Source: Raillietiella orientalis (taxonomy: Eukaryota). From it: a stretch of DNA of 64,000 nucleotides. This document shows, piece by piece, positions 49,101-60,628 of the stretch. A model generated the notes under the pieces. That model was given only the letters and a program-made list of their open reading frames with translations. It had not been told where the DNA came from and did not search any database. The stretch covers positions 1,054,001 through 1,118,000 of the forward strand of contig JAYWIR010000018.1 in the NCBI GenBank assembly GCA_036172245.1, given 5' to 3'. Made by a program: the position numbers and the translations under genes. How positions within the stretch are numbered: the first letter of the stretch is position 1; each line of letters opens with the position of its first letter.

Positions 49101-51231
49101 GTGTTTGGTACGCATGTTGGACCTGTCAAGCGAATTCTACCCTCAGGGGCTATGGAGTATCATTATCAGGGGCTTCGGCGGCAAACTCAGCCTTCTGTGA
49201 TGACACCTTTAAACAGTCTACCCAGTGATTCTAATCCTAGGGCGTCACCTATCCTAAAGGCTCAGCTAGGCTTCTCAAATGGGCGTGCCAAGAAAGAGCA
49301 ACTACAGGTCAGTCATTCTTCCCATATACCCTTAGGGGGGTCCTGATAGTTAGGGACCCGGGTATCCTTGAAACTTATGATCATTGCTGAAGGTCGGGTC
49401 CAGCAGCAGCACAGGGCCATCCCAGGGACAGTCGGTCGCCAATTTCTCCCTCATCCGTTCCCTCCTTGCATCTAAGGTAGGGTCAGCTCCCTGCAACTAC
49501 TAATAAGTTAATCAGTTACCATTAACCAAGCACATATTGTCCCTCTGCATATCTTTTCAGTTGCCCTTATACAGTTATGTCTTTTCATGTTGATCATTTC
49601 AGGTAAGCCAGAGACAGAAACAACGTCAGGAGGAAGTACTGGCACCACCTGTCAAGCAAATAAAGTTGGAAGATCCTCAAGTGGTTTCAGCAGAGTTGAA
49701 TGGTGATTTAGATGAACAGGAAACTTTGCACAAAGATCCAATTAAAGTACGTGGTATCCTAGCCGAAATGCTGGAGCGCAAAGTGTCCAAAGAGCCACAA
49801 AATGGGGTTGTGGGCAAGGAAATCCGTATCAGTGAGCGTGGCTTAGAATTGGTTGTAAACCATCTTAGGAGTGGCACTAATAAACTGGTCAATGGAGACC
49901 CTCAAGCCAATGGAGAGGTGCACACTGTGGACCAGACAGCCCCCTCAAATCTGTTAGAAAGTTTGGTTAGAGAAGTGGGCATTCCTGATATGGTAGAAGT
50001 TGCTGAACCAAGTCCTGTGGTATTGCCACCGCCACCTCCTCCTCCTAGTACCTCACTTGGGCAGCTCCTCCTCCCTGGACAGAACAACTCCATGCTAGTG
50101 AGCCCTGGGCAGGGCCAACGCCAATTAGTGTTTTTTCAAACTACAGCCCCTACTACAAGCCGCCCTATGGTGTATGTGCAAAGTCCTCAGTCCTTTTTAG
50201 TGACTAGTACTCCATCCAGTCCTGTAGTATTGACTAATAGCATCACTTCAGCATCCCTTCCCAGCCCCAGTCCTTCAGCAAACATCAAAACTGTGATTCT
50301 AATGACCTCACAAGGTCAGAAAGTGATGCTACCAGCTCAGACATTCCCTGCAGCAGGCATTCAACTGCAACCGCAACTTTTAACCACATCTGCAATAACT
50401 GGATCAGGCTTGTCTAATGACACGGGTGCAATGTCAGGAACACGGCTTCCCAAACCCAAAGCTATAAGGAAAAAACCGCAGCTAGATAAACCTCCAATTG
50501 TCCCCCACAATCCTCCTACATCTACAGATGTACCAGCCAGTTTTCCCACTGACTCCTCCCAGGCTGCAGTTGATCAAATTGTGTGCGAATGGCATGGCTG
50601 TAATGTCACCTTTGCAAGTTCTCAAGCTCTGTATTCGCATGCTTGCCAGATGCATTGCCCTGCTCACTTAGAAGAACAAGCTTGCATGTGGGAAGGATGT
50701 GATCAGATGCGGAGGCGGCGTTTTTCACTCATGACGCACCTATTAGATCGACACTGTGGTGAACAAGTAAGTTCTGAAGTTTATGTTTTGGCAAAATTGT
50801 TGTGGATTGTTCAGGCACTGCAGCAAAATCGGCGACGGCGGAGTGCCCCCTCTTCAGTTAGGACAGAATCATTAGATGTTTCTTCTGTAACTGTTCATCC
50901 TGGGTATGCCCCAAATGCTGCCCTACAAGCCATTCGGCGCCATGCTCTGGAAACATTTACAACCAAGGATTGCCCAGTAAGATCAGGACTACAAGTCTAT
51001 TCGATGCTGTAATTCCCTTAACAGGATGAAAATGAGGGTCCCGTGACTAAGAGTATTCGATTGACTGCAGCACTGATTCTGCGAAACTTGGGCATCTACT
51101 CATTTCATGCTCGTTCTTATCTTCGTGCCCATGAACCAAAACTGGTCCAACTAGCAATGAGCAACCAGGAGTCAGCCCGTACCTTGGCCCAAGTACTCTG
51201 TGACTTGGGCCATGAACCCTCATCTAGCTGA
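46161..51231 (+). CDS. ARID2: AT-rich interactive domain protein 2 (PBAF subunit BAF200/Bap170), 11 exons, 1164 aa in this model
   Basis: Exons 46161-46252, 46316-46409, 47364-47461, 47582-47733, 47775-47993, 48039-49050, 49097-49307, 49393-49476, 49603-50766, 50815-50976, 51025-51231; all GT-AG and phase-consistent. Contains the ARID domain (FLRELKQFH..EIDLYLLY..GGWEK..ALKQIYLRYL), LSLLCPLPNDQDFSINVCTLLSNE, SPILKAQL, SLIRSLLASKV, two C2H2 fingers (CEWHGC, CMWEGC..RRRFSLMTHLLDRHC) and C-terminal EGPVTKSIRLTAALILRNL. Confidence 0.95.
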
Positions 51232-51250
51232 TGTCGTAGTTCTATCTTTA

Positions 51251-52442
51251 TTATTCCCAAAGCAATTTGTTGGGATAAAAGCGAATGCCCTCCACGGTTT
51301 CATCACGACACACATGACCCTGGCACTCTGCTAGCAGTAGGGATTCCCGAGCAAGTGCCACAGGCAAACGTTCTCTATGGCTCAGCTCCTCAGCTGTGGC
51401 AGTGTGGTAGCTGTTGATGTGCTTGATGACAACCTCAACCAAATGCTGTTTGCTGTGCTCATCATCCTGAAGCACCAGGACCCCAGACGGAAGTAACTGC
51501 ATTTGCATGCAAAGCTGTAAACTAGCCATCATCTCACAAGCATGCAAGAGATCATCAGGAGACAGCAAGCAGAGCCCTCTGGCCCGGTTGATACGACAAT
51601 ATACTTCATGAAGCGTCATGGTTCCACCTGCTTGCTTGAGGGGATCTTTAATGATGGTGGCAATTTGTTGAGCTAGTTGCTCAAAGTATTGGCTGTTAGA
51701 TTTGCAAACATCACGTGTCACAGGGTCATCTACTCCCAGACTCAGCAAATATGACTGGAAACAAACAGTTTCATTTTCACTGACACTGCTCTGAGAATTT
51801 CTAATTTTCTGAGCCACCATCTTGGCCACTCCCACCATGTCTTCAGCAGTTTTCATGAGTTGTTCAAGATCCTTGAAAGCTTGAGAAACAGTTTTTTGGG
51901 TTTCTTGCTGCTTGCATTCCAGTGCTCTTTCTATGCCTAAAATTCCTGCCTTCTTTGGCACTCCATGTTGCCATGCTTTGGCTTCCAATGTTGCATGCAA
52001 TTTGCTCATGAACTCTGACCATTGATTTATGCTGATTTTCACTTTGATGAAATTGTTTGGACTGACAGCTATGGGTCCAGGTTTCTTATCAGGGTAAGGA
52101 GATGATAGATGTAGAATCGCCTTTGGAGTACTATGAAGCCAGCTGCCACTTTCTTCTTCCAGAAGAATTACATATGACAACAAAAGAGCCATGAAACAGT
52201 TTCCATTCTCCCATAATAATCGATGGCTTGTTACAGTCACCTTTCCATTTGCATATAGACTCTGTTATAATAGGAAAAGCATAAAAGAGGGCACTGACAG
52301 ATTGGATCAAGAAATGCAAAGAAAACTAAAATGATATACTTGCTTTGGTGTTGCCATCGTATAAATGAGCTTGTCTTCCAGAAAAAATATACTTTTCTTC
52401 TGGCAATGACAGCACTTTATCACACCATTCAAACCGATCCAT
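51251..52442 (-). CDS. VPS36: Vacuolar protein sorting 36 (ESCRT-II), 2 exons, 369 aa
   Basis: Exon 1 is 52442-52344 (MDRFEWCD..LYDGNTK), intron 52343-52262 (GC-AG), exon 2 52261-51251. Motifs: GLUE TSHRLLW, AGILGIER, AFKDLEQLM, FQSYLLSLGVDDPVTR, VYCRINRARG..LLSPDDL, CRDETVEGIRFYPN. Confidence 0.95.
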
Positions 52443-55400
52443 CATGATCATAAAATTAACTTCATGATTGAGAGCATCTTCACAGTTCTAATAGTTTAGC
52501 ATATCATTCGCTGCAAAGATTAACAAAACATCAAGAAAAACAAAGTAAACTTCTGCATTCATCTTTGTATACATACTTGTAGATAGTTTGCATGGACTCA
52601 GACTCTGTTATTTCTGACTATCCTTTATATTATTCTTAGGGTTTCTTTTCACGCAGCAATTATCGGTAACCCAATTACAAACAGCGATAATTTTTTTGTT
52701 ACAACATTATGAGATGAAACACATAATGATGACGTGAACCTGAATACGTATTCACATGCTATTTTCTATGTTAGGAACTAGTTAAGCACCTTCAAGGAAT
52801 GGGAACCCAAATCACAATACCTTGCAAAAACAAAATCGGGCATTTGCCTACTATTCCATTTGGAACTGCGGTCCAAGTAACGAAAGCATGAAAATAGGTA
52901 GTTGAAAAATAGCGAATACGCAGTCCCCCCCCCTAAAAAAAAAACAAAAAAACAAATGTGCACAAGAAAAATGCTTATGAAGGCTCTTAAATCCGTTTAC
53001 GTACAGACATCGACATGTACCGTGGGCAAAGGCGTTTATGCGACCACTCGTACCCCACCACAGCAAACATTGCGACGTTTCCTCATCTGAATACAAAGTA
53101 TTCCAGAAAGTAGGAGTGCAGACCCTAGCTTTTCCCTATGTGACCTCTAAAAAAAACAAAATCGTATCCGAATTAACATCCACTGGATTGGAATGCCCTT
53201 GTACATTCAACCTGACACATTTCGTGCGTGTTTTTGAAGCTTCTCCATCCGAGCTTAATCTCAACGAGCAAAGCCGGGGTGGTGGAGAACGGCCTTTTGT
53301 GGGGAAACCATCGTAACAAGAACAGGGCAACTTTCTATTTCCATGAGGCAAAAAATGCCCGTCAACACAATGAAAGAAGAGGTTCCGAAAAAAAGGGTAC
53401 CCACTTCAAGGTTCTACCATGGCTACTGTTGGGGGATTGGGGAGGGGGGGGGGGAGGAAGCTACGAAACCACGAGCTACAAATGAATTGAAACAGAGTTT
53501 GCAAGAAACACGTATTAATTTAGCTTGAAATTTAGCACTGATTCTGGAATTATGAAACCCAAGTATACTGGCAAAATAAGACAGCAGGCAGATGTTCGTT
53601 TTTTCCTTCTTCGAGTGAAACTGACTTCGAGAAAACAGTCGAAAAAGACTTAGGATCAGTTTGGCAGTAAGTAACGGCAGTTCCCTCCTCCCTCATGCTT
53701 TTTTGCTGTCTCCTCTTATAGTTTGTGGTTTTCAAATGTCATCCTGCTGTGTTTAGTCGAGCTTTCAGATGACCTCAACGGATGCCAATGGAACCAAATT
53801 CTCCAAGGAAGTCAGAATTAAATGAAAGCAACTGAAAATAACCCTACCGTCCTTAATTTTCCTACTTAACAGCATTTCTACTGTTCCTTCATGTTTAGCC
53901 ACCCCAACCTCCTGATACCGTTTTACACATGAAAATCGAGTTGAATAATCCCAACGCAATAATAAACACTGCGAGACGTACAAAGAATTGAAAAAAATAA
54001 TAATTATGAGTAGTTACCGCTCAAATAGCAGATAGCATGCACATGACAGTTATTGCTGAAGCATGATATAACAAATTCTATAAGTACTATCAATTTATTC
54101 AGGATCCTAAGCGCAAAAAATATGTAAAAATATCGAATGCCTGTTAGTGTTTCTATGTAAATATTTATGTATCCTAGCCTGACCTTCCACACCCGAAAAC
54201 AACTCACAAGGCCCTGATAAAAATGGAAAACGGTTCTCTTAAATATCACGGAACAGGAGACAGACCTGAACACGGAATGGAAAAATAGAGGAGAAAACTT
54301 TCCTCTAGAAGCCAGGACATATGTGGAAGCTGCAGAATTGCTGTTCCATTCCATTTCCCCGACTTCCCGGACTCAAGAGAACAAAGAGTCCATGCATGGA
54401 AACTCCCCTTGAGACTATCCAGCATGCGGACACACGACAGTGATGCCGCAGATGCTCATGGACCGGAGGTTCATCCAAGTATGCAATAAACGAAAAAAAA
54501 AAAAAAAAAACACCAGCGGAGGTTGCAACAGTTGGAAACACTGAGAGCAATGTCCTACAGATTCCGACTCAACAACAGAAATGCTTCACCTATGAACAAC
54601 TTTATTTTTTGCTTTTCTTTTTTCACACTCTCTAGCCAAACGATGGAAGAATGGAGCAGGATTTTAGATCTAAAGGCACTGACAAGGAAAGCTCCGTCGA
54701 AACGTAACACGGGTTGAAGGGAATCCACGAGTGGTCTGGGCCTCTTCCAAACTCGGTCTCCAGTTGTGAATAGTGACCGTGAACTTTGAAAGAATGTTTA
54801 TATAGGACCTAATAAGTATTCAGCTGCTTAGATGCTCAAAACTCCGACTTGAAAAGAGATTCCGCTTGTAATGAGAAGATCCTTTGATTAAACAAGAAGA
54901 AAAGAAATTTTTCCCGAAACAAGAATTTGAAAGAGTATCATTCAGATATTTTTGCTTGGTTCTGCTTAATATTTTTGACATTAACAGCAGTCGTCAATCC
55001 ACATTTTTTTGTATCAACCCCCCCCCTGATTATCGGTTTTATGGTGGAATTTTGAACTGCTAATAACTTGATTTAGTATGATGAAAGAAACCAATTCAGA
55101 GGATGCAGTCGAAGAAAACTGCAAAGTTTCTCATGCATTCAACTGAAGCTTAGAGGGAAAAAGTGGATTCATGTCTTGAGATTTAGAATTTTCGAATTAC
55201 AGATAAGTATGCTCAAGTAGAGGTATTCATACTTTAAAGATTATAGGAAGCATTTTGTTCGCAAGTGGACAAATTTGTCTGTTGATGGACAAAGTTCCTT
55301 CTCTTGAAAGAAAATTCGTTCATTGATGGTTAAGCACAGAGCAGTTTTTTCAAGTCTCGAATGATAGCAAAATAGATGCCACAGATCGAAGAATGCTTGG

Positions 55401-58400
55401 TCTTTATGGTTTCAAGCTTGAGGGAAAATGTTTCTATAAGACATTTGGCATTTAATCAGTCGCAGTGGAACCTCAAAGCAGGAAGAATCTTTGCAAACTT
55501 TTTAGGAATTGGATTTTCTGAGGAATAAAGCAGTTTTTTTTTATAGGTGAATCGATTTTACAGGTGTTTAAAAAGTTGTTTGGGCGGCTATGAATGTTAA
55601 TTTTCAAAGTGAACCACTTTATATAAGTGCACTACTCATCGAAGTGCATTCAGTGGTTCCAGACGTCAAGCAGTTCCAAGTTTTTTTGTTTGCTTTTAAC
55701 ACACAAACAAAAAAAAAACCCAACTTTATCTCCCATAAATTAAAAAAAGTGGATTGTGAAGCTATATGGTCTTTTCCAGCATTTTTTTTTTTTTTTTCTT
55801 TCAAATTTAGCAGAATTGTCAGCAAATTTACGGATCGCTGTGGACCATACTCGAGGAACAGATTGCTTGGAATTCTGCTGCAAGCTTAAATTTTGAGCAA
55901 AGCTCTGATCTTCACCGGGCACCGGAGAGGAAATTGCGTGATGGGTCAACTGGAAATACAAAATAAGGAGATACTGATCGATTAACATGGCCGCCGCTAT
56001 CGTCGTGATTAGTTACTGGGTGTCCCGACGCTGGTGTGATGAACAGCACTTGGACTTTTAATCACCTAAACCTTGTTTTCAACTGAAGGTCTTGTGAAAA
56101 CGATTCAAAAGCAGGGAAACCTTGAGATTAAGAAAAAATTTTGATTATCCTCTCTCCAAAAACCTGGATGAAAAATGGGAATTCGAGATCGAATGCGCAA
56201 ATTGCCGTTCGGATTCAGACATGGGAAGGCGATTTTCAAGTTATCTTTTTCGGTGAAGCCTGAGGAGGAATGAAAGATGAATGGAAAGACAGCAGGTGAG
56301 TCTTTGAGTACACTGTTAGCGTCAACTGCTAAGGTCGTCAGTACGAAGTTGGTGAAGAGTCCAGCGAGGAGAGGAAGCCTTCAGACAAGCAAAGACGAAC
56401 TTGTTGCTGAGGCGAGGCAAAAGCTATGAAAATTATGTTGTACAATATAATAGTTTGAAAGAAAACGAGAAAGCACTTGTCTCGCGACTAACACAGAAAC
56501 ACCATTCATAATTTTTGTGATTTTCATGTCCGTTTTTCAGGAACAGTTGCGTGACATGACCTCTCTCAATGAAGAAGACAAGTTTTCGAACTGAATTGAA
56601 ATTCGAGCAAAGAGCACGTTTTTCTGTACCAGGCACGCGCATACTTTGCGTTTCGTCCATAATCTAAATAGGCAGGTACACTCTAGCATGTACATTGTTT
56701 GACATACCGAAAAGAATTTATTTCTTGCATAAACACTGTGAATTAGGAAAACACGAAAAGCACACCCGTAGCGCGCAGTGTTTTCGAAGTTCCGGTGGTA
56801 CATTCCATACGTAATTGGTCTGATCTTTTGTTTACGATGAGTCTCTCCAGATGAGTCTTGTGCTATGACAAAGAATTCTGGTTTTTTCAATGTGGACCTC
56901 ACTTGTCATATTTGTCTATTCGTGGCTTCATGGATGCGAGGTTGGCCGGATGCTGGGATGTTTGCCTTGACGAATCGAGTAACACATCATACGTACTCAT
57001 GTATTTAGTTTTTGGGGGGTAAGGAAGGGGAAAGGGGAATTTTTCTTCAACTCTGTTTCCGACATTTGATTCAGTTAATTCTCAAAAGAATGGCGAAATT
57101 CTCCATTATTCATTTTCATTAAGATAAACAACGGCAGACATCGGTGCTTGATGCATTGAAGTTATTGCAAGTTTCCGTTTGGAATCATGGAATCATTTCG
57201 TCGAACTATGTAGAATTCACGATTTGGGTTTCATTTCAGGTCTCGACATTTTTTTTTTGCTTTTCTTGCTGCTGTGGAGCTTTCTCATGTTTTCTGTTTG
57301 TAATTCTACCTCGCTACCGGTCTCGGTTTCCTGAAAGCTGACCCGGCCAAAAGAGAGAAAGATTTCAATTGCATACAATTCGAGTGCGTGCTTTGATGTC
57401 TGCACTACACGTGTAGGTGATGCGACTGGGATAGCACAGAGTTTCACTCATTTATTTTCTCTACAACAGCAAAAAAAGAAAGCCATCCCTCCTCGCTTGC
57501 CCGAAATGAATGTGCCATTGCTGTGATATCCCTCCCTCTCTTCGTCACAGTGTTGCCAGCAGTCGATCCAACTGAGAAAGGAGGCATCCTTGATGACATT
57601 GGTACCGAGGGGTTGAATTCTCGAATCCAACCTCACATCGCCTGCGGAGGATGACTGGAGATGATTCCTTCCGTCTCCCGTTCCCGGCACGGACTTCCGG
57701 CTTGATTTTAGATCTGAACCCAACTGCCAAGTGTTTCCAATGTGAGTCTCTTTGCTCGTAGGGCACTGGAAGGTTTCCCTTCGACTCCCTTCCATCTTCA
57801 ACTTGTTAACCACCACACAGAGCTTTACCTTCGAGTATCAGCCGTGTTCAAGGCAAGCCACGAATTTAAAGAGTGCTTTTCCATTTGTTCACTGCGGCCA
57901 TGAGTCTGTAGCACACAGATGAAGTGTTTCCGTACACTTCTCTCATTTGTTGATTTCCTCACGCAGGTCCTGAAGTGTTTTTGGCTCAATAATAGTTCTC
58001 TTTAGGGATAGCAATGTGAAGGGTTTAAAAGCCTGCCCATAGTGCCGCACTTGCACTAGGCGATGCGTTGCACGCATGTGCACGTTCGTGCACACTGTCC
58101 CAAGCAGTAGACACTTTGCCCAATGTGTGCACATCCGCAGCGTCCTTTCGCCGCACGCATGCGCCGAGCCGGGTGTTGCCACAATCGCTGATTCCTGTTC
58201 CCTGCGAGTTTCTTCGTGCATGCCTCAGATGCAAAGTTCGCCCTGTTGTGTTGCGGAGTTACCACTAAGGGCATTGGGAATGGGACGAATCTCAAGCTAA
58301 AAGGACACCGAGTCCACTCGAATTGGACCGAGTGGACAGGTAGCACCTTAACGGAACGATAGAATAAATGGCCAAGCTAAAGCGGAAGCATCGTGAAAGT

Positions 58401-59099
58401 TGGTCAGACCGAGTTCATCAACGGGAGCGGAGGTTCGTGGGGGAAGGCCTGCTTCCGATGATGGATTGTTTGCGAATCAGCCAGCGCTGGAGCTTGCAGG
58501 AGAGAGTCACCCTAAAAAAAGGGGAAAAGGGAATCCGGGGGATGCGTGTCTAAGAAAAGGCAGAAATCAAGCAGGGAACAAAGTTCCAGAAACAGCGGCG
58601 ATTCCGCTTTCTGATGTTTTGAGTGAAGATGTTGATCTGATGACTCCGGACGAAGCACGAAAACTGTCTCAGCTGTTGCAAGAACTTTGCAATAGTCTCA
58701 AAGAGGCAAGGAGGCACACGAAACGTAAAGAGCAGCACGAACGGTGTTTAAAAGCCTTGACCTTTGCCTTTCTCGGAGATCTTTCAAGAGGATTCGAGAA
58801 CGTACGTTTTCCTTCTGAATGTTCTGTTGCATTCCGATTTTTCGGACTCCCCTCATTTTTGCGACCACTCCGAACCACCATCCATCCAGCTCTTTCGTTT
58901 CAATCCCAAGTTTCATTGAAGTCCAGTGTCTCCGCGGTGCACGGAACTTCGAAACCATCTTTTGGTATTCCGTGACTTATGTGGGTCAGATTGCACAGCT
59001 CGAGCCCCTGCTCTCGTCCGTCCAAGACTGGCGAAAGGAATCCTCTCTGTTGCGCCTACGGGGCGCATCCTCTCCCGGAACACATCTACAGGTGCGGAG

Positions 59100-59310
59100 A
59101 TCGCGATGGCAGCCGTGCGGCAACACGCGCCGTGGGTTCGAATCCCGCCCGGAGAAGGATCGACGTCGAGAAAAGGGGAAAGGGAGGCGTCGTAGATTCC
59201 GAGTCCTCTCCCCCCTTCCTGCAAGATGACCCTGGTTGATCTGAAAGATTCGAATGCGAAACTGGTGGAAGCCGGATGCTCCTGTTGACTGGCCAGGATT
59301 GGAAGGGCTG
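59100..59310 (+). mobile_element. Composite SINE, copy 5 (head plus ~150 bp)
   Basis: CGCCGTGGGTTCGAATCCCGCCCGGAGAAGGATCGACGTCGAGAAA..CCTGCAAGATGAC..GAAGCCGGATGCTCCTGTTGACTGGCCAGGATTGGAA. Confidence 0.75.
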
Positions 59311-59319
59311 CGGTGAATC

Positions 59320-59690
59320 AAAATAAACACATGTATATATACGACATGAGCAAAGCCTGTACACATGGAGAAACCGAGGTTTGTGGTCTCTGGGACGGGA
59401 TCCAGCAGGAGAAGGGAGGGTCGCCGAGTTCCCGTCCTGCGTTCCACTTGCAGCCAGACTGCGTCATCCTCCCTGGTTTCCTGTCGGAGGTGGGGCCGCA
59501 GGCCCTGCCCGCGTCACCACAGAGGGACGGCTGTCCTCCTCCGACGCGGCCGCTGCTCCACTTGCTGTCTGGACTCAGCATGGAATGGCCAGAATCCAGT
59601 CGGCCGAAGCTCCTTGAGAATCTCCGCAGGATCCTCCCGGATGAGTCCTCCTCATGCAGGAGAACTGCTGCCATGTGTTGCCACCGACCG
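59320..59690 (-). mobile_element. LINE family B extreme 3' end
   Basis: AAVLLHEEDSSGRILRRFS matches LAAVLLHEEDAAEDVLRRFF at the window start. Confidence 0.65.
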
Positions 59691-59699
59691 CCGCGTTGC

Positions 59700-60341
59700 G
59701 TTGGCGGCCATGTTGATCATGGAGGCGGCCGCGACCAAGCGTCGCGGGTTCGAATCCCGCGCGGGGAAGGATGCCGAGTGCCGAGAACGGGAGGTGTGTC
59801 GTGGGTTTCGAGTCTCCCCGCAGGGTGACACTGGCTGGTCTATTCGGGTGCGACACTGATGGATGCTCCTGTTGACTGGCCGGGATTGGAAGTCGACCTT
59901 CTGGGGTCCTTCTAGGAAAACCAAGAAAGTGGTTCCATTCGGGGTTCTCCCCTCCCCCTTCCGGTTGTGAGAAGGGGGCCGTACCATGGAGCTGGTTGCT
60001 CCTCCTGAGCGTAAAAAGCGCGCCGCTCCCTTTGGAGGAGGAGACAAGGAGCAGTTCCCTTGTCAGGGGTCCCTCCGGAGAAGAAATGAAGAGCAATCCC
60101 ACAAACTGGATGGTCCCTCCGGAGAGAACGAAGAAGACATGGTTCCCTTCGGGGATCCCTACCCAGGCGTGGGAGGAACGGACCCTTTCCTCCGGAGACT
60201 CTCTGGATTCATAGGTGGTCTCCTCACGGGGTACCTTCTATAACAGGATGAGTCGACACGCACCCTCGGGTGGCGTGGACGGTGTTCAAGAGCTCCGTGA
60301 GCCCCCAGGAGAACGACGGATCTCGAGGTACTCAGCGAACC
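59700..60341 (+). mobile_element. Composite SINE, copy 6
   Basis: Head GCGTCGCGGGTTCGAATCCCGC, second GGGTTTCGAGTCTCC, 3 internal units, tail GATCTCGAGGTACTCAGCGAACC. Confidence 0.78.
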
Positions 60342-60529
60342 GGGTATCGCTCACGTGCTGGCAGTGGCAATCAGCAACCAGATGCAGAGACGGTTCGAGA
60401 AACTTCTGTTCCCCACCTCTGCGCACATCCCTGTCCCGAGCACTCTCAAATTGCCACGGACGGGCGCGAACGAAAAAGGGCGTCTTTCCGCCACAGAGGG
60501 GAGGAGCGCCTCTCGCGGCTGGAGGTGAC

Positions 60530-60535
60530 TTTATT
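60530..60535 (-). promoter_or_regulatory. Probable polyadenylation signal of the Pvf gene
   Basis: AATAAA on the minus strand ~95 nt downstream of the stop codon. Confidence 0.55.
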
Positions 60536-60628
60536 TCTTGGTAGCCAATCGACATTTCCACATGGTGCGTGGCACCGGCGGGCTGCTCCCAGAGACAGCT
60601 GAAGGCTTCGAATCCCGCCCTAGCGGAG

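Noticed and set aside
59110..59155. tRNA genes at GGTTCGAATCCC motifs
   Set aside because: No complete cloverleaf, and the motifs continue into the shared SINE body.
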